From positions 32,001 to 96,000 of the forward strand of contig JAZDNF010000010.1 of NCBI GenBank assembly GCA_043800255.1: DNA of 64,000 bases, given 5' to 3'. The notes under the pieces were generated by a model. That model did not search any database. It was given only the letters and a program-made list of their open reading frames with translations, and had not been told where the DNA came from. Positions 39,288-48,647 of this stretch are shown piece by piece. Position numbers and translations under genes: made by a program. The first letter of the stretch is position 1; each line of letters starts with the position of its first letter. The DNA comes from Candidatus Altiarchaeota archaeon. GTDB taxonomy: Archaea; Altiarchaeota; Altiarchaeia; IMC4; SCGC-AAA252-I15.

Positions 39288-40078
39288 CTGGAACCAAGAT
39301 TGTAAAACTAAAGCTGGAGAACGCTAATGCGCCAGGCAGATTACCCAGCCTCAGGGAGTCCACAGCAGAGAAAGTCCTCAGCGTGTTTATGGCAACAGAG
39401 TACGTCGAACCTGACGAATGCTATCTCAGCTTCCGGGAGCAGACGAAAGATTTGAACGTCACATCCTCCCAGCTTCAGAAGATCATACGCGCACTAGAGA
39501 GAGGACACATAAAAAATACCACGGATTCGCACAAGGCAGGCATGCTGGTGAGCGCATTCATCCAGAATTCGACGGAAACCGAGTTTCATATACAGTCTAA
39601 AATCCCGCTCGGATGTGTGGGATACAGGCTGCAGGGCGATAAGAAGATCACAATCGAGGGAGATTATGGAGATGCCACAGGCTGGGAAATGAAAAGCGGC
39701 AGCATCCACGTCAAAGGACATGCTGGAATGCACCCTGGAATTGCCATGGAGGGCGGGACGATAATAGTCGACGGAAACGCTGGACTTGGTACCGGCTATG
39801 TCATGTCAGGCGGCAAAATACACGTCAAAGGAAATGTGGGGGAGGAAACCGGCTACAAGATGAGCAACGGGACGATAGAGGTCGACGGCAGCTCACGAGA
39901 CCAAACCGGGTTCGGCATGCACGGCGGCACCTTGCACATCGGAGGGAACGCAGGAAAGGAGACCGGCAATGACATGGGAGGCGGCATCATCAAAGTCGAT
40001 GGAAAAATCAGCGGAATAAGCGGCAGCTACAAGAAGGGAGAAATCTGGGAAGCCGAGGTGAAGGTGAGGCCAAAGTGA
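39284..40078 (+). CDS. Array paralog 45 (264 aa)
   Basis: Leader, AGMLVSAFIQNS; 73-bp 3' block identical to paralog 52. Confidence 0.9.
   Translation: MTGTKIVKLKLENANAPGRLPSLRESTAEKVLSVFMATEYVEPDECYLSFREQTKDLNVTSSQLQKIIRALERGHIKNTTDSHKAGMLVSAFIQNSTETEFHIQSKIPLGCVGYRLQGDKKITIEGDYGDATGWEMKSGSIHVKGHAGMHPGIAMEGGTIIVDGNAGLGTGYVMSGGKIHVKGNVGEETGYKMSNGTIEVDGSSRDQTGFGMHGGTLHIGGNAGKETGNDMGGGIIKVDGKISGISGSYKKGEIWEAEVKVRPK
39980..40052 (+). repeat. 73-bp exact direct repeat, copy 1 (copy 2 at 45193-45265)
   Basis: GGCGGCATCATCAAAGTCGATGGAAAAATCAGCGGAATAAGCGGCAGCTACAAGAAGGGAGAAATCTGGGAAG. Confidence 0.85.
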
Positions 40079-40911
40079 CTGGGACAAAGGTCGTCAAACT
40101 GAGGCTGGAAGATAGTGGAGGGAAGCTGCCCGCCCTGATAGGCGACAAGGTGGATGAGGCTGCGGTGGGGAAGGCAGTGGAACTATTCTATGCTGAGGTG
40201 CCTGACATCCCGCTCCAAGGGATTGATGTCCAAAAGGATGTCGCATACTATGAGAAGATGGTGGATGCGACAAGAGACTTTAATGTGACGACAGAGCAGC
40301 TTACTGAAATAGTCAGCAAAATCGAAGACGACCAGCGTCTGAGGCTTAAGACGGCGCATGTCATGGGAATGTATTTCACCGCATTGATGAACAATTCAAA
40401 GCATCCTTATTTCGAGATAAAAACGCGCGAGAACATGTGGTATCTGGGGATGAGGATGAAGGACGACAAGACCGCAGTCCTGAAGGGTAAGGGAGGAAGG
40501 CATGTTGGATACGAGATGGAACATGGCACCCTAATAGTCGAAGGCAACACAGGGGCTTATACAGGCCAGCACATGAAAGGCGGGCAGCTAATCCTGAAAG
40601 ACTACTCTGGAGACGCGTTAGGCGAATGGATGCAAGGCGGCAGCATAATGGCAGAAGCTGACGTTGGAAAATACGCCGGCAGGCACATGCGAGGAGGGAG
40701 CTTAACAGTGAAAGGCAAATCAGACGATTACACCGGCATGCAGATGATCAACGGCATAATCCGCATCGGAAAAGACGCTGGCAGCTGGACCGGCGACGGG
40801 ATGAGAGGCGGCAAAATCACAGTAGACGGGAAGATAAGACATCTTGGGTATGACATGACCGGCGGAGAAATATGGCAGGGGAATGAAAAGGTCTGGCCGA
40901 GAGAAAAATGA
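40075..40911 (+). CDS. Array paralog 46 (278 aa, GTG start)
   Basis: GTGA overlap; MGMYFTALMNNS. Confidence 0.9.
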   Translation: MTGTKVVKLRLEDSGGKLPALIGDKVDEAAVGKAVELFYAEVPDIPLQGIDVQKDVAYYEKMVDATRDFNVTTEQLTEIVSKIEDDQRLRLKTAHVMGMYFTALMNNSKHPYFEIKTRENMWYLGMRMKDDKTAVLKGKGGRHVGYEMEHGTLIVEGNTGAYTGQHMKGGQLILKDYSGDALGEWMQGGSIMAEADVGKYAGRHMRGGSLTVKGKSDDYTGMQMINGIIRIGKDAGSWTGDGMRGGKITVDGKIRHLGYDMTGGEIWQGNEKVWPREK

Positions 40912-41555
40912 CCGGCACAAAAATCGTCAAGTTGAACTTAGAGGGGGGCGGTGCCGACAAGCTCCCCCAATTGAAAGAGGATATCATCACTAGCAAGGTT
41001 TTTGACATCATCGAGAGGACACCGTACAACGTTGTAACTGGGGGGTCCTATTATGAGAGGATTCTCGAAGCCACCAGAGGATTAACTCCGAAAGAGGATG
41101 AGATACAGGAAGTGTTAACTCGCCTGCTGTCAGCGCACAAGGAGGACGGAAGATTCATGCATGACACGTTTATGGTGATGAAGGTCGGCTACATGACGAA
41201 CGCATTGATCCACCACTCCAGACAGAAGAAAATCATGTTAATCCTGCCGGAGCCTGTGAACTGCCTGGGCTACAGGCTGGAAGAGGGGAAGGAGGTAATA
41301 CTGGAGGGAAATGCTGGCGGAAACATCGGCTGCGAGATGAAAGGCGCCAAACTAACGGTTAACGGTAACGTGCGGGGGAACCTTGGGACGGAGATGACTC
41401 AGGGCGAAATCACAGTGAACGGGAGCGTTGGGGGGACTGTCGGCGAGGACATGGAAGGAGGGAAGATAACAGTCAACGGAGAAATCAAAAAACTGAGCGA
41501 CAGGATAAAGGGTGGCGAAGTCTGGCAAAAAAACAACAGAGTGTGGCCAACATGA
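40908..41555 (+). CDS. Array paralog 47 (215 aa)
   Basis: Leader, VGYMTNALIHHS. Confidence 0.9.
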   Translation: MTGTKIVKLNLEGGGADKLPQLKEDIITSKVFDIIERTPYNVVTGGSYYERILEATRGLTPKEDEIQEVLTRLLSAHKEDGRFMHDTFMVMKVGYMTNALIHHSRQKKIMLILPEPVNCLGYRLEEGKEVILEGNAGGNIGCEMKGAKLTVNGNVRGNLGTEMTQGEITVNGSVGGTVGEDMEGGKITVNGEIKKLSDRIKGGEVWQKNNRVWPT

Positions 41556-42361
41556 CGGGGACAAAGGTAGTGAAACTAAAGTTGGAAGGCGGTGGCGGTC
41601 TGGCAGAGAGGCTGCCTGAGTTGCGTGATACTCTGGTAGAAAAGGCGATGATAGCGTATGGGGGATTAGCATACGATCGGAATTACCAGCTCTTCTATCC
41701 CCCTCTGCTGGAAAGTCTCAGAGATTTTGATGTGATGCCAAAGGAGTTGCAGGCCATATCAGACAGACTCCGTGAAGTTTATTCAGGGCAGAATGGGTTC
41801 TCTGAAATTGCGGGGATGTTCCTCACAGCATTGGTGCAGAACTCAAACACGAGCGAATTCAAGCTAAAATTAAAGTCGCCGTTGAATCTGATTGGAATCG
41901 GATTATCCAAGGGGAAGGACCTGACAGTGGAAGGGGACGTTGGAGAGCTTCTCGGAGCATTCATGGAGGGCGCGAAAATCCACGTCACCGGAAAAGCAGG
42001 AGACCTGGTAGGGCGGTCCATGGAGAAAGGCACCATCAAAGTGGACGGCGACGCCGGCAACCAGGCTGGCCTGCACATGGAAAACGGGACGATCGAGATT
42101 GGAGGCAACACAGGGTATGCGCTGGGAGACGGGATGCGAGCAGGATCCATCACAGTCGGAGGCAACACCGGGAATGAGCTGGGGTTGGCCATGCAGTGGG
42201 GTTACATCAAAGTCGAAGGAGATGCAGGAGATATGATAGGAGAATTCATGGAGGGCGGCACGATCGAGATTAACGGAAAAATGGGCAAGATACACAGCGA
42301 GTATAAGGACGGTGTGATAATCCACCAGGGCAGGCAGGTAAGGCCTAAGAAAAAAACATGA
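41552..42361 (+). CDS. Array paralog 48 (269 aa)
   Basis: MTGTK at 41552; AGMFLTALVQNS. Confidence 0.9.
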   Translation: MTGTKVVKLKLEGGGGLAERLPELRDTLVEKAMIAYGGLAYDRNYQLFYPPLLESLRDFDVMPKELQAISDRLREVYSGQNGFSEIAGMFLTALVQNSNTSEFKLKLKSPLNLIGIGLSKGKDLTVEGDVGELLGAFMEGAKIHVTGKAGDLVGRSMEKGTIKVDGDAGNQAGLHMENGTIEIGGNTGYALGDGMRAGSITVGGNTGNELGLAMQWGYIKVEGDAGDMIGEFMEGGTIEINGKMGKIHSEYKDGVIIHQGRQVRPKKKT

Positions 42362-43032
42362 CTGGGACGAAAGTCGTTAAGTTGAGGCTGGAGGACAGCG
42401 GGACTGGCGGATTACCCAACCTTAAAGAGGGGGTCGTCGGCAGGGCAGTTAAACTATACGAGGACAGCACCTGTGATGTTGTCAACGACTACTATGCTAT
42501 GATGGCAGAGGCGACGAGGGACTTTGATGTGAGACCGGCCGAACTCCAGAGGATAATCGATATTATCGAGAAAAAATCGGAAGGGGATTTTGACGACAAT
42601 AAGAAAGGGGCTTTCCTGACGGTCTTAATGCAGAACTCCAGAAGCCAGGCTTTTAGAATCAAGATAAAATCCCCGGTATCCTGTCTAGGCGTCAATCTGA
42701 AGGGTGATAAGAAGATTACTGTCGTAGGCGATCTGCTGGATGAGACGGGAGCGTGCATGGAAGGCGGGGAAATACATGTGAAAGGGAATGTAAAAGACTA
42801 TACTGGGTCATCGATGACTGGGGGGAAAATAACCGTCGACGGGAACGCGGAGGATCTTACTGGGACTGCCATGGCTGGCGGAATCATAACCGTGAAGGGG
42901 AATGTCGGGGAAAACACCAGCCTGCACATGACAGGAGGCAAACTAGAGGTTGGAGGAGAAATAGCCGGCATATCAGGCAGAGTACATGGCGGGGAAATCT
43001 ATAACAAAGGCGAGCGGGTGTGGCCGAGATGA
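42358..43032 (+). CDS. Array paralog 49 (224 aa)
   Basis: Leader, KGAFLTVLMQNS. Confidence 0.9.
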   Translation: MTGTKVVKLRLEDSGTGGLPNLKEGVVGRAVKLYEDSTCDVVNDYYAMMAEATRDFDVRPAELQRIIDIIEKKSEGDFDDNKKGAFLTVLMQNSRSQAFRIKIKSPVSCLGVNLKGDKKITVVGDLLDETGACMEGGEIHVKGNVKDYTGSSMTGGKITVDGNAEDLTGTAMAGGIITVKGNVGENTSLHMTGGKLEVGGEIAGISGRVHGGEIYNKGERVWPR

Positions 43033-43904
43033 CGGGAACCAAGGTCGTAAAGCTGAAGCTGGATGGGGGTGGCGCTGAGAGGCTCCCGCATCTGAAGGAG
43101 GGAAAAATCAAACAGGCTTTGGAACTGTTTGATAGTGTAGAATACCTCAAGGGGTCGGTGAACTATCAGACTAACTTCGACTATGAGGGCTATTACCGGA
43201 AAGTGCTTGAGGGCGCTGAGATGATAAATGCTTCAGAGTCGGAAGTTCAGGGCATTCTCGTGGCATTGGAGGCCAAGCGGTCTGAAATCGACTGGTTCGA
43301 TTCTCATGTCGGAACCTTCATAACTGCCATGATGCAAGGCTCCAAAACACAGGAATTCACGCTCAAACCGAAATACTCCTTGCACAGTATAGGCGATTAT
43401 CTGCAGGGCGACAAGAAGATTACCGTATTCGGTGACATGGGAACAATAGGGCGTAAAATTACCGGCGGCGAGCTGATAATAAAAGGAAACGTCTTTGACT
43501 TCTCAGGGGAGAGGATGACCGGCGGAAAGCTGATAATAGACGGATTTGCAGGCGGTGACTTGGGGAAAGAGATGGGCGGCGGCCTGATAGAGGCTGCAGA
43601 GGTTCGGGGCAGGCTTTTGGGCTGCTACATGTGGGGTGGCACGATCAGAATCAAGGGAGACGCCGGCGACGAGATAGGAGCGAACATGTCGAAAGGCGAA
43701 ATATACGTCGGAGGAAACGCAGGCGACAAATTGGGCGATGAAATGCGCGGCGGAAAGATCGTGGTAGAGGGTGAGGCAGGACATAAGGTGGGTGATTGGG
43801 CTACCGGCGGCCAAATCATCGTTGGAAAGAAGATAAAATCGCTCGGAGCCGTGTACTCACAGTGCGAGGTCATAGTAGCAGGAGAGAAGGTGGCGCCAAA
43901 GTGA
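43029..43904 (+). CDS. Array paralog 50 (291 aa)
   Basis: MTGTK at 43029; very close to paralog 35. Confidence 0.9.
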   Translation: MTGTKVVKLKLDGGGAERLPHLKEGKIKQALELFDSVEYLKGSVNYQTNFDYEGYYRKVLEGAEMINASESEVQGILVALEAKRSEIDWFDSHVGTFITAMMQGSKTQEFTLKPKYSLHSIGDYLQGDKKITVFGDMGTIGRKITGGELIIKGNVFDFSGERMTGGKLIIDGFAGGDLGKEMGGGLIEAAEVRGRLLGCYMWGGTIRIKGDAGDEIGANMSKGEIYVGGNAGDKLGDEMRGGKIVVEGEAGHKVGDWATGGQIIVGKKIKSLGAVYSQCEVIVAGEKVAPK

Positions 43905-44626
43905 CTGGGACAAAGATTGTTAAATTGAAATTGGAGGATGGCTCAGCTGACAGGCTCCCAAGGTTGAAGGGGGACACTGTGGCGGAGGCTCTCCGGTTTT
44001 ATGAGCTGAGTAAGAAGCGACGTCCGGACTCCTCTCAGGAGGATGTTTATGACAGCATGCTCAAGGATACTAAGCAGTTCAACGTGTCGAGCGAGGAGCT
44101 GCAGATGATGCACTGGCGGCTTGAGGAAGCCTACGGGGGCGGCGAATGGTACGCTGAGAACGCGGGAATCTACCTGACGACGTTGATGCAGAATTCCAAC
44201 CAAAGGAGATTCGTCATCGAGCCGGTAATTCCCTTGGACTTTTTCGGGATGGGATTGTCAGGAGACAAGGAAGTGCTTGTCAAAGGCGACGTCGGAGACA
44301 ATCTGGGCTTCCGGATGGAAGACGGCAGGATAACCGTTGAAGGCAAGGCAGCGGACTATACTGGCTGGCTGCTCAAGGGAGGGGAACTGATGATTACCGG
44401 CGACGCCGGGGAGCTGCTCGGGTTCATGATGGAAAAAGGCTCCATCGCGGTCGGAGGGTCGGTGACAGACTACCTGGGGAAGGAGATGAAGGACGGAAAA
44501 ATAACGGTCCGAGGAAACGCCGGACGTGATGTTGCAGAAGACAGCAGAGGAGGGGTCATACTAATCGGCGGAACCTACGAGAGCGCAAGCAGGAAGAGAG
44601 GAGCCACCATAGTGATGTCAGCATGA
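43901..44626 (+). CDS. Array paralog 51 (241 aa, GTG start)
   Basis: Start moved from 43796 to the GTGA overlap; AGIYLTTLMQNS. Confidence 0.9.
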   Translation: MTGTKIVKLKLEDGSADRLPRLKGDTVAEALRFYELSKKRRPDSSQEDVYDSMLKDTKQFNVSSEELQMMHWRLEEAYGGGEWYAENAGIYLTTLMQNSNQRRFVIEPVIPLDFFGMGLSGDKEVLVKGDVGDNLGFRMEDGRITVEGKAADYTGWLLKGGELMITGDAGELLGFMMEKGSIAVGGSVTDYLGKEMKDGKITVRGNAGRDVAEDSRGGVILIGGTYESASRKRGATIVMSA

Positions 44627-45297
44627 AAATCGTGAAACTGAAACTCGAGGACGGCTCTGAGACGCTACCCAAGCTCAAGGTCAGTACGGTAGACGAGGCA
44701 GTAAACTTGTTTGATCATCTGGGGCAGGTAAATTCCTTTGAAAGGTATTACCTGCAGGCTGCCGAGTCAACCCAGAACTTTAATGTTGACTCAAGGCAAC
44801 TGCAGGGGATACTGCAAAAACTGGAAGAAAAACACAGCGATGAGATTCTCTACTCTGTCCGGGCAGGGCTTTTTCTCACGGCCCTGATGAGGAAATCACA
44901 ATCTGAGTTGTTTGATATTGAACCAAAAATCCCATTAGATTTCGTGGGCTACTGGATGGAGGGGTCGAAGACTGTCAGAATACATGGGAATGCTGGAAAC
45001 CATCTGGGATGGAGTCTCCGCAGCGGAAACATCGAAGTGGATGAAAATTCAGGCGCTAGCACAGGACGCGGCATGTCCGGCGGGACAATAACCGTGAAAA
45101 AGAACACTGGCTGGCAGACTGGAGTGATAATGCAAGGTGGAATAATCAACGTCGGTGGAAATGCCGGCGAAGAAACTGGAGATGGGATGACCGGCGGCAT
45201 CATCAAAGTCGATGGAAAAATCAGCGGAATAAGCGGCAGCTACAAGAAGGGAGAAATCTGGGAAGGAAACGTGAAAAAGAGGCCGAAAGAAAAATGA
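44623..45297 (+). CDS. Array paralog 52 (224 aa)
   Basis: Shortened leader MKIVKLKLE; AGLFLTALMRKS. Confidence 0.9.
   Translation: MKIVKLKLEDGSETLPKLKVSTVDEAVNLFDHLGQVNSFERYYLQAAESTQNFNVDSRQLQGILQKLEEKHSDEILYSVRAGLFLTALMRKSQSELFDIEPKIPLDFVGYWMEGSKTVRIHGNAGNHLGWSLRSGNIEVDENSGASTGRGMSGGTITVKKNTGWQTGVIMQGGIINVGGNAGEETGDGMTGGIIKVDGKISGISGSYKKGEIWEGNVKKRPKEK
45193..45265 (+). repeat. 73-bp exact direct repeat, copy 2
   Basis: Identical to 39980-40052. Confidence 0.85.
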
Positions 45298-46100
45298 GCG
45301 GGACAAAGGTCGTCAAACTAAAGTTGGATGGTGATGGGCCCTCACAGAAGCTGCCAAAGCTTAAGGAACCTCCGATAGAGGATACCCTGAAGCTCTACGA
45401 TCGTCTGGAAGTCGACGCCGATTTTCTGTATAAGCGGGAATATGCTGATATGCTGAAAGCCGCTGGAGGAGTCAATCTCATGCCAGAACAAATGCAGGAG
45501 GTGCTGTCCGAGCTGGAGAAGAAGCACGGCGATGAGAAAAATTATCCCAAGAAGGCAGGACTATTCATTACAGCTTTGATACAAAATTCAAGTCAGGAAC
45601 GTTTCGAATTAGACGCTAAAAAAGCGTTATCCTATGTTGGATGCCGGCTGAAGGGAGGGAAGGACATAAAGATTAAAGGCGTGCTTGGAGACTATACTGG
45701 GGCTGAGATGGAGGATGGCAGCATAACCGTTCTCGGAAGCGCGAGCGACAGCACAGGCCGCGACATGAGAGGCGGGAAAATACACGTGGAGGGTAGCGTG
45801 AACGGCTACACTGGAATGCAAATGAAGGCCGGCGAGATAACCGTGATGGGACATGCTGGGGACTGCACAGGCCATCTCATGGAGAATGGAAAGATAAAGG
45901 TGATGCAGGATGTCGGGCGTCTCACGGGGTTCAACATGAAAGGCGGGGAAATCTGGGTCGGAGGAAACGCTCACATGGACACTGGCTCTTTCATGGGAGG
46001 CGGGAAAATCTATGTTGTCGGAGGGATAACCCACATAGACAAGGATAGTATAAAAGGCGGCGAAATATTCGCAGAAGGGTCAAAGGTGTGGCCAGAATGA
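45294..46100 (+). CDS. Array paralog 53 (268 aa)
   Basis: MSGTK leader, AGLFITALIQNS. Confidence 0.9.
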   Translation: MSGTKVVKLKLDGDGPSQKLPKLKEPPIEDTLKLYDRLEVDADFLYKREYADMLKAAGGVNLMPEQMQEVLSELEKKHGDEKNYPKKAGLFITALIQNSSQERFELDAKKALSYVGCRLKGGKDIKIKGVLGDYTGAEMEDGSITVLGSASDSTGRDMRGGKIHVEGSVNGYTGMQMKAGEITVMGHAGDCTGHLMENGKIKVMQDVGRLTGFNMKGGEIWVGGNAHMDTGSFMGGGKIYVVGGITHIDKDSIKGGEIFAEGSKVWPE

Positions 46101-47134
46101 CAGGCACAAAGGTCGTCAAACTTAAGCTGGAGGATGGAGCTGGCGATAAGTTGCCGAGGCTTAAGGATGATGACATTAACGTGGACTCTGTAGCAGAGCT
46201 GTTCGAAAAGTTAGAGTATACGACTGTAGATGAGGCTGAATCCTACTACAAGAGTGTGCTTGATGCTACGAAAGGGCTGCATGCGTCCCCCTTGAAACTG
46301 CAGGCTCTGCTAGAAACCATAGAGGAAAAGCATGGCGGGGAAACCAACCCGGATCAGGTCGGCCTATTCCTGACAGCATTGATTGAGAACTCCCGACACA
46401 GGGAATTCGTGATAAAACCTGGAAAACACCTCTCCTACTTAGGCTACCGGCTGTCAGGCGGCAAGAAAATAGTCGTAGAAGGTGATGTCGTACGCAATAC
46501 TGGCAGTGAGATGAGAGGCGGAACTGTTATAGTGGAAGGGGATGCGGTAGACTCCACCGGGGAGAATATGGTGGACGGCAAGATAATAGTCAAAGGCGAG
46601 GCAGGAGCTAGCACAGGCGCTGGGATGCTGGGAGGAAGCATAACGGTTCACGGTGACGCACACCATGCTACTGGTTCCAGGATGCTTGGTGGAAAAATCC
46701 ACATCAAAGGCAGTGTTTGGGATCATCTAGGCGATGGGATGAAAGGCGGCAGCATCACAGTCGAAGGGAAAGCTGGGAACGGGACTGGATCAGCAATGGA
46801 AGACGGCACCATAACCATCATGAAAGACAGTGGACATTACACCGGCTATCAGATGAAAGGCGGGAACATCATCGTAAAAGGTGATGTAACGTATGATTAT
46901 CTCGGCTACGGCATGGAGGGCGGGAACATAGAGGTGGGAGGAAACGCTGGCAAATGCGTTGGTAATAACATGAAAGGAGGCCGCATTAACATAGGCGGGA
47001 ACGGAGGAGACTATCTCGGGGTTGGGATGAAAGCTGGCGAGATCATCGTGGGAGGCAGGATAGAAAAAATTTATCCTAAGAGCATCGAGGGCGGCGAGAT
47101 TTGGGAAGCCGGAAAAAAGGTGTGGCCGAAATGA
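46097..47134 (+). CDS. Array paralog 54 (345 aa)
   Basis: MTGTK at 46097; relative of paralog 36. Confidence 0.9.
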   Translation: MTGTKVVKLKLEDGAGDKLPRLKDDDINVDSVAELFEKLEYTTVDEAESYYKSVLDATKGLHASPLKLQALLETIEEKHGGETNPDQVGLFLTALIENSRHREFVIKPGKHLSYLGYRLSGGKKIVVEGDVVRNTGSEMRGGTVIVEGDAVDSTGENMVDGKIIVKGEAGASTGAGMLGGSITVHGDAHHATGSRMLGGKIHIKGSVWDHLGDGMKGGSITVEGKAGNGTGSAMEDGTITIMKDSGHYTGYQMKGGNIIVKGDVTYDYLGYGMEGGNIEVGGNAGKCVGNNMKGGRINIGGNGGDYLGVGMKAGEIIVGGRIEKIYPKSIEGGEIWEAGKKVWPK

Positions 47135-47820
47135 CAGGGACAAAGATTGTTAAATTGAAATTGGAGGGCGGGACAGGTGAGAGGCTGCCGAAGCTGATGG
47201 ATTCACAGGTGAGTGAGGCGGTGTCATTCTACAACGGATGGTCGTATGATGGTAGCAATGGCAGTCATTTCACAGATGAGACGTTGAAAAGATTCAGGGG
47301 GTTGGATTTCAAAACAAAACAGCTTCAAGAGATTGTCGACATCCTGGAGAGGACTGCACCAGACGAAAGATGGTACTCTGCGAAGGCAGGGTACTTCTCA
47401 AGTGCATTAATGCGGGGTTCGACTGAGAAGGAATTCAGACTAAATGTGCGAAAACCGCTGGACTATTTCGGAAATTATCTGTCAGACGGCAAGAAAGTCA
47501 CAGTGTACGGTGATCTGGGGGACTGGACAGGCAGGATGATGGAAGACGCGCACATCATCGTGAAAGGAAATGCAGGAGGCGATACCGGAAACTTCATGGA
47601 CGGCGGCAGCATAGACGTGAAAGGGAATGCTGAAAGATACACTGGCAGTCACATGACCGGCGGACGGATACATGTCTACGGCAATGCTGGGGATTACACT
47701 GGTGATGACATGGAAGGCGGTAGAATCGAAGTGGGCGGCACTATTGGGGGAATAGGGACTGCCCTCAAAGGCGGTGAAATCTGGCACAGAGGCGAGAGGG
47801 TGTGGCCGAAGGAAGAATGA
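47131..47820 (+). CDS. Array paralog 55 (229 aa)
   Basis: MTGTK at 47131; AGYFSSALMRGS. Confidence 0.9.
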   Translation: MTGTKIVKLKLEGGTGERLPKLMDSQVSEAVSFYNGWSYDGSNGSHFTDETLKRFRGLDFKTKQLQEIVDILERTAPDERWYSAKAGYFSSALMRGSTEKEFRLNVRKPLDYFGNYLSDGKKVTVYGDLGDWTGRMMEDAHIIVKGNAGGDTGNFMDGGSIDVKGNAERYTGSHMTGGRIHVYGNAGDYTGDDMEGGRIEVGGTIGGIGTALKGGEIWHRGERVWPKEE

Positions 47821-48647
47821 CCGGGACAAAAATCGTTAAGCTGAACTTGGACGGTGCAGCTGACAAGCTGCCTGCGCTGAGAGAGGATATCACAGACAGA
47901 GCCTCTAATCTATTCAAGAGCGGTCTTGATTATTTCGGTTCAACAGAGGAGCACTACAAGAGAATTCTGAAGGATACAGGGAATATGAGCGCATCGAATG
48001 CTGAACTTCAGTTGATACTCTGCCGATTGGAGGAGGAACATGGAGAACAAAAATGGTACGCTCCGAAGGCGGGGATTTTCCTCTCAGCGTTTATGCAGAA
48101 CTCACAAGAAAACAAATTTAGGATAGTGGCTAGGAAACCATTGGACTACCTGGGATATAAGTTGGGGAAGGGCAAGCAGGTCACAGTTGATGGCGACGTT
48201 GGCGATTACGCTGGCGCTAAGATGGATGGCGGAAGCTTAACTATCAAAGGCAACGCCGGGATAAAGACAGGTTATATGTTGAATAGGGGTGAGATTCTAG
48301 TTGAAGGAGACTCCGGAGACAGCACCGGGGAGAATAATATCTCCGGCATAATAACCGTTGGGGGAAACGTCCCTGGCAGAACAGGCAACGGGATGAAGGG
48401 AGGGAAGGTCACAATAAAGGGCAACGCAGGCAGGCAGACCGGCTACGGCATGAAGGACGGGATAGTGCATGTGCATGGTGACATGGGGATAGAAACAGGC
48501 GCGAGCATGTTCGGCGGCAGAATAGAAGTCGACGGGAACATACAAGCCTACGATGTAGAATGGCTGCAGGGTAATACCTGGGGCAAGCAGTTTTTCAAAG
48601 GCGAGATATGGAACAAAGGCAAAAGGGTGTGGCCTAAAGAAGAATGA
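47817..48647 (+). CDS. Array paralog 56 (276 aa)
   Basis: MTGTK at 47817; AGIFLSAFMQNS. Confidence 0.9.
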   Translation: MTGTKIVKLNLDGAADKLPALREDITDRASNLFKSGLDYFGSTEEHYKRILKDTGNMSASNAELQLILCRLEEEHGEQKWYAPKAGIFLSAFMQNSQENKFRIVARKPLDYLGYKLGKGKQVTVDGDVGDYAGAKMDGGSLTIKGNAGIKTGYMLNRGEILVEGDSGDSTGENNISGIITVGGNVPGRTGNGMKGGKVTIKGNAGRQTGYGMKDGIVHVHGDMGIETGASMFGGRIEVDGNIQAYDVEWLQGNTWGKQFFKGEIWNKGKRVWPKEE

